A stretch of 63,399 nt of DNA, counting the filler, from Dimorphilus gyrociliatus (lineage: Eukaryota; Animalia; Annelida), in NCBI GenBank assembly GCA_904063045.1. It is 4 parts of 4 records of this genome, joined end to end, with 100 filler letters (N's around TTAATTAATTAA, not from the genome) between each part and the next. Parts side by side here need not be neighbours in the genome. Positions count along the whole stretch, not along the records: positions 47,395 to 59,474 come from CAJFCJ010000153.1; positions 59,575 to 63,399 come from CAJFCJ010000335.1; 2 more parts are not named here. One strand, given 5' to 3'. How positions within the stretch are numbered: the first letter of the stretch is position 1; every line of letters begins with the position of its first letter. The position numbers and the translations under genes were made by a program. Below, one piece after another: positions 47,895 through 59,681 of this stretch. The notes beneath the pieces were generated by a model. It saw only the letters and a program-made list of their open reading frames with translations. It did no database searches and had not been told where the DNA came from.

Positions 47895-48036
47895 TGAAAC
47901 ATATGGACTAATTGTTTGTTTAAGATTTGGGATATGATATTTTTCATTCTCTTCATGTTAAGATTACATGGAAATGGAAGAGAATGAAAAATATCATATC
48001 CCAAATCTTAAACAAACAATTAGTCCATATGTTTCA
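47895..48036. repeat. Perfect 60-bp inverted repeat with 22-nt spacer
   Basis: 47895-47954 is the exact reverse complement of 47977-48036. Confidence 0.92.
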
Positions 48037-48149
48037 GTAATATATGTTTCAGTAATATATGTTGGTACTACCTACAAACTGTAAATATCATTTTTCAACT
48101 ATATTTTTGAAAACTAGTCCTATTAAAGCATTTAGTAACATGATTTCAG

Positions 48150-49685
48150 ATCAATAGTTAAAGGATCAAATTTCATTGTAAAAAATGGAAACCATCTTCA
48201 TAAGTTGTATAAAAATCTGGAAAATGTTCTTCAATCAAGAATGGATTTGAAAGAAATGGCAAATTGTGACAATGACAAAACTGGTAAAAGAATAGCAGAA
48301 GATATTATTCTTAAATTTAAAGATAATATTGAAGACTTACCAGAATTAGAATCACTAAGAAGAAAAGCTTCCAGATATAAAGAGAATAGAAGACCAAAGC
48401 ATCCTAGAGATTTACACTTTGAAATAAATCTAGATGAAATTCCAATGGATTTCTTATTGAAAGATATAAAAGAAAAGAAAAATCGATGTATTTTATTTGG
48501 TACAAATCATCAAATAGAATTACTTGAATGTTGTAAAATTTGGTTCATTGATGCAACTTTTAAAGTTGTTAGAGATCCATTTTATCAACTCTTTTCAATT
48601 CATGGATTCTTGAAAAAACATGATGAATACCAGCAGGTTCCATTGATTTATGTTCTGATGAGTAGCAAAAAGAAAAACTGCTATATTGCTGTTCTTCAGG
48701 TTTGAAATTTTTCAATATGATATTCACTTTTAATTTAACTCCTTATAAATGAACACAGGAGATAAGAAAATTACTGAATGATAAAACACCCAGGAAATGT
48801 GTTCTTGATTTTGAAAAGGCTATATGGATGGCACTTAAAGACCAGTTTCCTAATTCTGACCTTCAAGGATGCTCTTTTCATTTCAAGCAAGCAATTTTGA
48901 GAAACATTCAGGTAGATTAAACAATACTGCAAACAATTAAATATTCATAGAAAATTTTTTGTTAGAAACTTGGATACATTAATGATTATAAAGAAAATGA
49001 ATATAAAGGGAAAATGTTACAAAAATTGATGTGTTTGGCCTATCTTCCAGCAAAATTTATTGAACAAAAGTTTTTTCAAATAAAAGAAGAACTTTGTGAA
49101 AAGAAATTCTTTTCAGATTTGCTTGATTATATTGAAGAAACATTTATTAAAAGCAGCATTTGGCCTCCTAAATTCTGGTCTGTTTATCAATTGGCTGTGA
49201 GAACAAACAATCATGTTGAGGCATAGCATTCCAGGCTTAACAAAAACTTGAACATGGATGAGAACTTGTATTCCCTCATAAAAGAATTAAGAAGAGAAGC
49301 TGAGTTAGTAGAGATCTTTGAAAAGTTATTTTCTGAGAAAAAGTTAAGAAAGATACAAAAGAAGAAGTATCAAGATTTACAATTCCAAATATTTCAGTTG
49401 TGGAGTAAATTTGAAGAAAGAGAACTGAGTTTGGATGAATTATTGGATGGACTTGTACATTTAAATATTTTTTAAAAGTTAACATTTCTTACTCTGCATT
49501 TTTGTTATTGTATGTTATATCATTCTTTGACTGTTTTGAAATTGTTTCCTTTCTTATTGAAAAAAAAAACATAATCCATCATAAAATGAAAAGTTATATT
49601 CTTGAATATTAATGCTCTAAAATGGGCTGAAATGTCCTAAAGTGGGCCAAAATGTCCAAAGTGGGCCTAAATGTCCTGGCCCCCA
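48150..49685 (+). mobile_element. MULE (Mutator-like) transposon, spliced transposase with a nonsense codon; right terminal repeat present
   Basis: WFIDATFKVV..FYQLFSIHG..VPLIYVLM, DFEKAI, GCSFHFKQAI, RTNNHVEA*H; 19-20-bp TGGGC..AAATGTCC repeats ending ..GGCCCC at ~49684. Confidence 0.85.
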
Positions 49686-50447
49686 TCTAGCTGTTGTATG
49701 TGTACAAATGTAAGTATTTATACAAGTTGTATAAAGAAAAAACAATTTTCATTTCTCTGTCCATAGAAGAAAATCTCTTCCAAAGATGACTTCTTCTATC
49801 TATTCTAAATCTTTAACATTTTTTTCAATTCTTTTTGATGCTACTCACACTTTTAATGGAGGATGTAGCATGTGGTAAATAAAAAAAACATATTCAAATT
49901 CTTTTTTATTATTATTAATCAATAATTAATTTAAGATTCTTGTTCCTATTCTACTATTTTGGAAAATAAAACTAGTGATTGTTAAAAATTGATGAAATTT
50001 AAACATAGCAACTTGACAGAGTGTAGAGAATATTGCAATCTTCATCCTATCTGCAAGTAAATGATTGATTGGTTGATTGATTATTTATTCTAATCTTCCT
50101 TTTTAGGGCATATTCTTTTAAAGCAAATGATTTAAAGATAACTATCTATGAGAATCTATATGAAGACATTATGAAACAAATGTTTTGTAGACAATCCATA
50201 ATTCTTTTTATCATTTTCAAAAGTATATGCACTCAATATATAATTAATTACAATAAACAGATAGACAATTAAGTGGTAATTATTTAATTAGTACCTGACT
50301 ACAAAACAAAATCTATTTATACTGACAATGTCATCATTAAAAGCTAGGTAAGTACATCTTGCATGAATTTAATATACTCATAGGCCTATATTCTACCTAT
50401 TAAAAAAATGAAAGACTCCTTACAACCTTTTAACTGCAATAGAACGC

Positions 50448-53400
50448 GTTTACAATGAGTTGGGGTGCAAACATACCTGGGTGCGAACATACCCTGGTGC
50501 GAACATACCTGGGGTGGGTGCAAACATACCCAGGTACATTCACACCCTATTTTTGCACTTGCTATTTTATTGAATTTTTGAATAAAAGATTTAGCTATAA
50601 ATCTAAAAGTATGTATTTAAAAGACTAAATATTATACTAAAAAACAATAAAGGTTGACAAATGATATTTATGCTGGAGAGTAGATATGGGATGTCTGCAT
50701 TAATAAATCAATTGATATCAATTTGTTCAACTTGAAATCATCCCACAAATCAAAAAATTTCTTTTGGATGTCAATATACTTTTTCTTTTGATGTTTGTAA
50801 ATCCTTTTTTCTGACAGTAATTTCTCATAAACTGCAATCAACTCTGTACTTTCCTGCTATGGGGTTGTAGGTAAGTATTGGTCCAAATAGAATTGAATTA
50901 GGAGTCAGCCACTTAGAAGAGATGTAGAATTGAATAAAGATGAATATAGAACCAATTTGTAAGAACAATATAACTGTATGCTAAAGTAATACTAGACCTG
51001 TTCACTAAGAGGGTTGATTCAGGACTGAATGCCTGTTACTACCTATGCCCTGTCTTATATACAATTCCTTATCAGTTGTTTGTGCCATTGGTGTCAACAA
51101 CAAGGGTCTAACTCCAGATAAGGGTTGTTCACAACAAACAGGGTCAAGGGTTATCATATTATGCAATAGTGATGTAAACAACAACAACTTTGTGTAGGTA
51201 AACCCTTAAGGGTCAATTGTTACATCATATTTATGTAAATAAACACTTGGTGTTGTTGTCAACATGTTTGGTTATGTAACATCTTATTTTTTTCCTATAA
51301 AAGGGCTTGATTCTGGTAGTTCTACCCTAGAGGCAACATCTACTCTACTACTTCTAGCATCATGTGGTAAGTACCATTAATATCATATCTATTATCTATA
51401 GTTCATAAGTGTACAAACTCAGACTCTTTTTTTAGCTCATCAACCAGCATGTAAAAAGACCCATTAGCAGGTAGCTTACTGTTCATTCTTTGATGCCATC
51501 CTTCACAATCATTATTGGTCCTAATAGACAAACCAAAAACTGACCAATTATTTGGTTTCCATAATTTATTTTTGATCCAGTTTGTTTGGAAGTATTGCAG
51601 CAGGTCCAAAAATTTATTTTTTTCACAAAGTTCTGCATTTATTCTGTTAAATGTTGGTTCAATAATATGTGCTGGCAAGAAAGGCAGAGCCATCAATTTT
51701 CTGAAATCTTTCCAATCATTTCCTTTTTCTTTGTATTTCTTTACATAGCCAAGAGCCTATTGAATCACATAAGTTATTCAATACATAAAGTTATATATAT
51801 TTGAATGTAACTGACTTGTATTTTCCTATACACTGCTTGTGTGAAATGAAATACACAGCCTTGAAATTCAGTGAGGGGATATACTTTTGATAATGCTTTC
51901 CATAGTCCTTTTTCAAAATCCATTGTAATTCTTTTTGGATGAAAATCATTGATAAGATTGTTGATATGCTACAAAAGAGCAACTTTATTTATCATCACTT
52001 TTGAAGAGATAATATCAAACATTTACCTGAAATGCTTGTAAGTATGCTTTGGTATGCTTTGAAGTCAGGAAAATAAAAACAAGAGGAACTTGCTTCATAT
52101 CATCACTGTTCTTAACAAATGAGTGAATACTGACAAGTTGATAAAATGGTTCTTTTACAATCTTGAAAGTACCATCAATGTACCAACAGTTGGATTTTGA
52201 TAATAAATTCAGCTGATGGTTTTTTGCAAAGATTAAAATTCTTTCTCCATTTTCACAAATATCTTTCTGCAAAAATTCGTCAGGCAAAAAGGTTTCATCT
52301 AAATTAAAGTTATACACTTTAGGTTCCACTGGCCTAAACTTTTGTCTATTTGAGTTTGCCATTCTCTTCAAATAGTTAATATCAGGAAGACAAGTAGCAT
52401 TGGGTTCATAGGATAGAAGAACTTTTTCAGCAATGCTTCTTCCAGATGTTTTATTATCACTTCTGGAAACAATCAAATCTGTTTTCACTTTAATATCAAC
52501 TTCTAAATTCTTTTTTCTGTTGTGATTATGTTCCAAATTGCCTTCAAGAAATAAATTTCCATTTTGTCTTATTCTGGCCACACATCTTTTCTTCTTACTT
52601 CTCACACTGCACACCCAAATAGTACTTGATGGTGTTTTGTGTTTAACAACAAAAGAATATCCATCATTCAGTATAATGTCATGTCCCTTTCTACTTCCTC
52701 CTTTTACAATCTCAAACTCACTTTTTGTCAATGATTCACAATATTCTTCAGCATTCTCCTCAACTTCCTCCAAAGAGTCTAGGTCCATTGATTGGCATTC
52801 TGAAAGAACATGATTTTCATCCTCCAATATTGATTCTTTAACTACAGCCATCTCATTTCTTTCATCAATAAAGCTTTCTTCAGAATTTACTTTGAATTGA
52901 TGAATTTCCAGATCAGTTAACTTCTTGAGCATGACAATACATTTTCTTTTGTTACAAGGTTTGCAAATTGGTATGTTGGCTGTTTCTATATGAATGTGTT
53001 AAAAAATATAATTACATGAAAGCTGATTAAAGAGTTACATACCTGTGCATTTCCTATGAATAAGGTTCTTACAAAGGCTGCATTTCAAATATTTTTGCCT
53101 TCCATAAATTGTTGAATGACAATTGTGACATTTGAAAGCCATTTTATAATCTCCAATCAAATGTAGATGGTTATCTAACAAAATTTCCAGTTATCAATAA
53201 ATCTCCTTCCCAAATATTCAAAATGGCTGAAATTTTATTTATGAAAAATATTGAGCTTTTTCACAATTGAAGATGATACATTACATTAGAATATCATGTA
53301 TCAACAATCTCAATGATTGGATATAGATACTTACTTCTGTTGAAGCTTCCAAGAAGAACTTTGTCCAAATTTATACAGTAAATATAGCTTTACTTTTGCA

Positions 53401-53736
53401 AGCATAAATATTCCTAGTGAAAGTTTATTTAATAAAACTACCACTATTAAAATGGCTGCTATTTCACTTTCAACAACATTTTCTTCTAAAGTAGTAAGTA
53501 TTATTGTTGGGATATGTATTCTATTTAATATCTGCATTCTATCTAATCAATATATTAACAATTTTATCATGAAGGAAAAGAAGGAAAACAGGCTGTCAAT
53601 GTACATGTTTATTCAAAAATTCAAAAATAAAATATATATAAAAATAGGGTGCGAATGTACCTGGGTAAGTTCGCCCCCACCTAGGGTACGTTCACACCCA
53701 ACCCCATTTACAAAGTGCTCAACACTCATTTAAAAC
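50448..53736 (-). mobile_element. MULE transposon with imperfect TIRs (ends approximate)
   Basis: AAAATAGGGTG(C/T)GAATGTACCTGGGTA inverted at ~50525-50553 and 53641-53668; transposase inside. Confidence 0.85.
51403..53142 (-). CDS. PHD finger-FLYWCH-MULE transposase (spliced)
   Basis: Exon 53043-53142 MAFKCHNC..CSLC..HRKC spliced via 57-nt GT-AG intron to CKPC, in frame with ORF 52932; IWVCSVR..C..HNH; WYIDGTFK; RTNNDCEGWH. Confidence 0.8.
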
Positions 53737-53989
53737 ATTTTCAACAATTCAATTGTATGAAGAAAAATATGAATGTTTTAAAGAAATACAAAAAGTATAA
53801 CATCAGCTTTTACTTTGGAAGAATACTTTTGATTTTGTTAAAGAATTTCTCAACTTTTTAAAGGTCAATCTATTTTTTTTGTCAACAAATTGCAGGTGTA
53901 AATGGATAATCATGATTACAGTCATCACTATGATTTCCTTTATAATTCTAATTCTGCAGCATCTGTGACAAGAAAATACAAAAACACAC

Positions 53990-54600
53990 CACACTACTCA
54001 ATTGCAATGCTAATTTACAAAAATATTAATGACATCTTAACAATTTGTCAACTAGAAATATGGAGTTTATTAAATATTGTAAAAAATAGACCATCAACAA
54101 TAGCTAACTCTAATGATGGCTTACCTGATAGAACTATTGAGTGTTGCTCAGTAAATGGGAGTGGTGGGTTTTATTGTGCTAAATCAGATACAATTAATCT
54201 TCCATGACGGCAAGTTGACTTGCAAAAGAATTCTGTTGTCTTTGCAGTTACTATTATTGGAATATACAATTCTCCAACTCAAATAGAGAACCTTCGCATT
54301 GATGTTTCACAAAATAACATTGATCCTACAACTGGAATTGAGGTAGAATGTGGCTACAAAGAGGGACTTGTACCTCTCTATTTCACAATGAAATGTGCAC
54401 AGTGGACAGTTGGTCATTTTCTATCCACAATAATAGATTTTCAATCAGGCATCAAGAAATTAAATCTATGTGAAGTGGATGTTTTTGGGTATAATTTGGA
54501 CAAAGAGTTTACACCATACACAATTCTACAAAGCAAAACCAATTATTCTTATAGCAACTATGCAAAAGAAAAAGATTGTCATGGCAACATTAAATTCTGA
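53990..54600 (+). pseudogene. Fucolectin (FTP)/F5-8C-like domain gene fragment with in-frame TGA
   Basis: LTICQLEIW, LP*RQVDL..VFAVTII..IENLRI..VECG..MKC..GHFL..LNLCEVDVFG. Confidence 0.65.
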
Positions 54601-55893
54601 ATAGATTTGGTAGACTATATTCTAATAAGTTTACGTTTTGAATGAATGTAGTAGGAATTTTGAAAGACTGTATTATGAAAAATGCTTTTTCAGCATCAAA
54701 ATTCCAAACTGGAAATGGTGAAAATATTAATGAATGTGCACTTTTACACACTACTGATAGTTATTTAACAAGTACAATAACAATTAATAAGAAATTGATT
54801 TTACTTCAAAGATAATAATTTTAATATGTTTTACAAGATTCTCTTATCAAATTATCAACAAACAAATTCAAAATGGCTGCCTTGAAAGTAAAAAGCTGCT
54901 ACTTGTATGCCATATTATTTGTACTAAAATTACTCAAACAAGCTGTGTCAACAATTCTCATGTCCATTATTCAGTTTGAAATAAGAACAAACATAGGCAG
55001 CAAATCAACCTTGTAACATTCAACTTGTACAAAAATAGATGGCTCTTTAAATCTTTTATAAAAAGGACATCTTTTGTATAAGAGTTCCACCATATATCCT
55101 TTAAAAAGAACAATTTTGAATTACTAAATTGACATCAGTTAGACCTGAAAATTTTATAAAAAAATTGGAGTCAATTGGATATAGAAAATTTTGCAAAATT
55201 TATTTCAACTTCATACATATAAAAAGAGAGTTTGACAAAAAGTGGTAGATACTTGGAAATTGGCAGTGGCCCTTCAACTATTTGAATTTTTTCAGTAAAA
55301 TACGAAACTGCTTGAAAGATGGTAGAGCATAGAGGACAACATAATAACTTTGAATATGTTTCAGCTTTAGAAGGCTATGGCATTAATGAAATGAATGAAA
55401 ATGAATTTAAAAGTGTTAAGAGAATTAAGAAGATTTGATGAAAGCATAAAAAAATGTATACAATAAACTGAAACCAGGTGGCGTATTGTACAATTATGGA
55501 GCTCTAAAACAACACAATTATCAAGTTGGAGAAGAAACATTTGTACATTATTGCATTTTAAATGAATTTTGTTCATTGGTCAATAACTGTCAGACATCAA
55601 TTTACCATTAATTCTTTGAACCTATTAAACATATATATATATATATTTTCAATTTGGTCATTGACACTAAATTAGAATTTCACAAGACTGTTAATATTCA
55701 ATTTAAAAAGCTAAAATCTGCACAAACAGTTAAAGAGTTTATATTTTAATTTAAAAGTCCAAAATTTTTATTCCATATGAGATTGGAGTCTTTCTAAGTG
55801 GAAAAATTAACAATTATTCAATTGATTAATCCTAACCTTGTCAAAATGTCAGTTTTTGTTTTTATTTTTGAATTCTTGACCTTAAAAAGTTGA

Positions 55894-56685
55894 TTAAATA
55901 TTTCTGGATGCCACTCTCTTTTGTTTAAAGAGATTCCAAAGTGAGAATTTTATTGAAGAATTTCCAATTATTGTTATTACAGGATTAAATACAGATTGAA
56001 ATATAGTTATAATATTTGCAGAGTTTACAATTTTGATTGTCGTTGCAGTTGGATAATAGAAATATAGAATAAATACTAAAGAATATAACATCCAAATAGA
56101 AGCCACTAGGATCAATTGTATTAAAGTTGCTTTAGAGGATTTTGAAATATTTTTAGTCCTATTTGTTTGTTTTTCAATATCATTTGCATGTTTTTTAGCC
56201 AATTTTAAAACTTTTAAATGTAGAATTAAAGCTCCAAATATATTTGGAAGGAAAATAGTTTGATAAATAAAATAATATTCATATTTATAGACCATATAAC
56301 CTTGACAAATTGCATATTTTTTATAGCCAAACATTGGAATATAACATGGAAAAAGGCAAAAGATAAATGAGAAGAGAATAACAAGAAGAATAGTTAAAAA
56401 TGATCTGCAATTAGTGAAATATCTATCATAATGTAAAGGATATTTAACCATAATGAATCTATAAATAAAACAAAATAATAAATAAATTTGAGATTGAATA
56501 TAGAAAATAACTTTTAACAAATATATCAAAATACATAAAACTGGTTGGTAAAAATTCAAATTACGACAGAGAGAGAGAGAGAGAGAGAGGAAGGTGAAAA
56601 CTACTATGGTATCCTTAGAAATGTCATTTATCATTTGTAAAAAAAATGCTTTTAGCCAAAGTAAACGCAATTTCCCATTTTCCAT
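55894..56685 (-). CDS. Rhodopsin-like class A GPCR (TM3-TM7 clear; 5' part disrupted)
   Basis: YRFIMVKYPLHY (ICL2), LKLAKKHA (ICL3), SVFNPVITI (TM7). Confidence 0.75.
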   Translation of the reverse strand: MENGKLRLLWLKAFFLQMINDISKDTIVVFTFLSLSLSLCRNLNFYQPVLCILIYLLKVIFYIQSQIYLLFCFIYRFIMVKYPLHYDRYFTNCRSFLTILLVILFSFIFCLFPCYIPMFGYKKYAICQGYMVYKYEYYFIYQTIFLPNIFGALILHLKVLKLAKKHANDIEKQTNRTKNISKSSKATLIQLILVASIWMLYSLVFILYFYYPTATTIKIVNSANIITIFQSVFNPVITIIGNSSIKFSLWNLFKQKRVASRNI

Positions 56686-57149
56686 ATTAATTTAACAAAG
56701 AAAAAATAATAATATAATGTGCATCATGTGATCTTTTATTTAAATGTGTCTTTTAAGATTTTCTTACTGTGATTAATCACTTTATAATTAATACTATATG
56801 GATGAAATATAGAGCAATGTTACTGATGTCAATTTCCCAATATCACTGTATGATTAGTTCAAATGATCCAACTGATATGTCAATATAAAATAAACCAGAA
56901 ATAGCTACCTCATAATGATGAGCTATTATTACTAGCTGGAACAATTTCATCATAATTAAAACCTGCTCTTGAATGTGAAATAAAACGTCATCTTTTAAAA
57001 GCATACAATAATGCTGGACTATCTCTTATGACATTCAACAGCCATTCTAAAATGTGTGGTTGATAGTCCTATTTCTTATACATTTAATTAAAATTTAATT
57101 TAAGTTTAAAAATTTAAATATGTTGTCTCTCTAATTGACTATCACACAA

Positions 57150-57660
57150 CAAATGATATAAATTGGAAAATAATACTGATAATATTGTGCTGCTGCAGGT
57201 AATTTATCTCCGTGGATCCAAGTGTTTCTTTTAACTGTTAAGGCTTTTCCTTGGACAGATTGTTTTTAACCATCTGTCTGCTTTGCTCAGGTGTTACTTT
57301 AATAATTAAGTCAACAATTCTCCTCTTCTTTGCTCCAAAGAAATAATATGTGTAAAAGTTAGTTCTTAGATACACTTTACATTTGACTGCCCTTGTTTCA
57401 ATTTCTTGTAATTTCAATTCATAGATGTCAGCCATAATTGTTTTTGTTTCCTGGGCTTCTATATTGCAAACAGGTTCCTCTGCTAGATCAAAGGTGTGGT
57501 TAGGCAATTGATTAGAACAGAAATATAAGGGTGGCTTAAATGTTAAAGTTATGTTTGCACTTGTAACAGCAGCACCTTGGTATAATGATTTTGGGACTGT
57601 TCTTGGACTACTGCAGTTGAAAGTCATTATTAGTGTTATTCATAATGGTAACCATGACAT
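57150..57660 (-). pseudogene. Putative env-like glycoprotein N-terminus of the Gypsy family
   Basis: MSWLPL*ITLIMTFNC signal-like start; FCSN..P..VC..IY..AVKC..YFFG..VTPEQSRQMV, then in a shifted frame GKALTVKRNTW; Cys spacing recalls rhabdovirus-G-like env of invertebrate LTR elements. Confidence 0.45.
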
Positions 57661-58628
57661 AGGCTTCCTGCTAGTTCTTCTTATATTGATTCTTGTTGCA
57701 CCATCAGAAATTTCTTCTTTTGGTTCAACTGTGACAATTATTCCATCTTCTAACTCTATGTATTGGGTCTTCATTTCCATTTCTTTAGCACTATTTTCAA
57801 TCTCATCTGTCTCTGAATCTATAGCAATGATTGACGCATTGTCTGAGATACTTGTAATTTCCGTCTTCTCTTCAGCTGAATCAATAAGAATGATTGACTC
57901 ATTATCAGAACTATATATCTGCTCAAATGGTCAACCACAACAAGAAGGAATCTGTATGACTTAACCATTGGAAGGGGTCCAATTCTATCCATAGCTACTG
58001 GCTCCATTGGTGAGGTAGGGTGAAAGGTCTCTACCAAAGGGTATATTCTACTTCTATCATTCATTAGTTCCAAAGTAGTGGAGAGGTAGTTGTCCATTAT
58101 ATACTAAATACTCTTTGATTGACTTTAAGTTTATATCTTTCTCCTGTTCTACATGTATGTCAGTTGCGGCATGCCTGATTAAAGTCTTCCTTGAATTTTG
58201 AACATTCCTTGCTACCATCATATAAGAGCTGCTTGAGACCACCCTCAAAGAGCTATCCTCAGGTTAATGTTTGAATTAGGGTTGTGATATCTACATTGGG
58301 ATTTTGTACTGGGTGAGGTGTTACATTTTCATAGCCTGCAGTAATTGTAATATTATTTCTTTTTATTTCATATACCAATCTATCATAGTCCTCAATTAGT
58401 CTCTGTTGTCTTTCTGAAATCCCTGCTGGTTGAATTGTAATTGTTGGAGTTGCTGGGGGTAGAAGGATTATAGTCTGTGACTGCTCCAGTGGTATTTCCA
58501 TTTCCTCCTAAAGTATGGCCAACCAAAGACTATGTAAGGTCAAATGTTATTATATTCCCTTGTGTAGGTTTGTAGTAAGTTTTAGATAATAGTATAGTAT
58601 AACAATAAAATAGAACGAAAGTTGTACA
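57150..58628 (-). mobile_element. Multiply deleted relative of the Ty3/Gypsy element at 1-5117
   Basis: Collinear pieces: LTR end TGTACAAC, gag PATPTITIQPAG..ERQQRLIEDYDRL, KEDFNQAC, EQEKDINLKSIKEY, integrase YPLVETFHP..GPLPMVKSY, acidic tail, env-like ORF. Confidence 0.88.
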
Positions 58629-58807
58629 ATATAATCTGCAAATTCTGTTTATTCATTCTGTTTGACAAAGAAAGAGACATAATTTGTTGAACAACTTTTG
58701 AAAAATCAGTTGTACAGAGAAAAATAATCATGATCCAACGACAAGAATTAGCTATTTTCAGATGATTATTCGTACAGGTGTCTGAAGATTTCATCTTTTG
58801 CTCTTAA

Positions 58808-59060
58808 TTAATCTTCTCCAAAATCTAAATTTAAATTATCCAAATCTGACTTAACTGTCACATAGCCTATAATCAATTGTCTACATAGGGGACAGTGTGG
58901 TTTCTCTAAACTCAAAACACATTTTTTACATGTAACCATATGATTACATGGTAATAGTAAAATGTTTACCATTTGAGCAAAGCAAACTTTACACTGATGA
59001 CTAGCTATTACCTGGCGAAAAGCGGCTATTTCTCCACTAGCTGAACTATCAAGATGATCA
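58808..59060 (-). pseudogene. C3HC4 RING finger fragment (IAP/E3-type C-terminus)
   Basis: Manual translation CKVCFAQMVNILLLPCNHMVTCKKC..HCPLCRQLI; no upstream start. Confidence 0.75.
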
Positions 59061-59410
59061 TTTTCTTATCAGATTACTGCTTAAAAGAAGAGTATATCAC
59101 TTCACAAGATATTCAAGTAAAGACCAAGAAAGAGCATCAATTTATCTCAACACCTTCCACCTATAGAAATTTGTTAAAAGCTGCTGGATTTGGTAAAATT
59201 TTTGTCCAAGATGAAACCTCAAAAGTCCTCGAGCTTTTAGAACAAGAATTATCAACAATGAAAGAGATTAAGGAAGATTTCAAAGATATATCCAAAACTT
59301 CTCTATCTAACATCGTGAAGAATGGGCAGGAAAGAATTGACAATTGTATGGATGATGAGCTAATTTTCTGTTGGTTTTTGGCCTTTAAAGATGAGACTGC
59401 TGAGTCATGA
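59054..59410 (+). CDS. C-terminal fragment of a phosphoethanolamine N-methyltransferase-like SAM methyltransferase
   Basis: IFLSDYC, YRNLLKAAGF..VQDET..LEQEL..KEDF..IVKN..RI....E..WFLAFK matches the PEAMT C-terminal pattern. Confidence 0.65.
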   Translation: MIIFLSDYCLKEEYITSQDIQVKTKKEHQFISTPSTYRNLLKAAGFGKIFVQDETSKVLELLEQELSTMKEIKEDFKDISKTSLSNIVKNGQERIDNCMDDELIFCWFLAFKDETAES

Positions 59411-59474
59411 GAAAAATAAAGGATGTAATTAATTATTTAATGATTAATGAGCTTAGAAGTGGTGTCTATATTAT

Positions 59475-59574
59475 NNNNNNNNNNNNNNNNNNNNNNNNNN
59501 NNNNNNNNNNNNNNNNNNTTAATTAATTAANNNNNNNNNNNNNNNNNNNNNNNNNNNNNNNNNNNNNNNNNNNN
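59475..59574. other. Artificial contig linker
   Basis: 44 N + TTAATTAATTAA + 44 N. Confidence 0.97.
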
Positions 59575-59681
59575 TTCTTATATTTATAATTAATTCTTTT
59601 TTAATTGTATTAATATAAGAATTATTTTTTATATTATTTTTTATTTTTTTATATAATAATTATTTAAAAATATATATTTAA

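Noticed and set aside
54205-54207. Selenocysteine recoding
   Set aside because: Aligned residue is Trp, not Cys, and no SECIS was recognised
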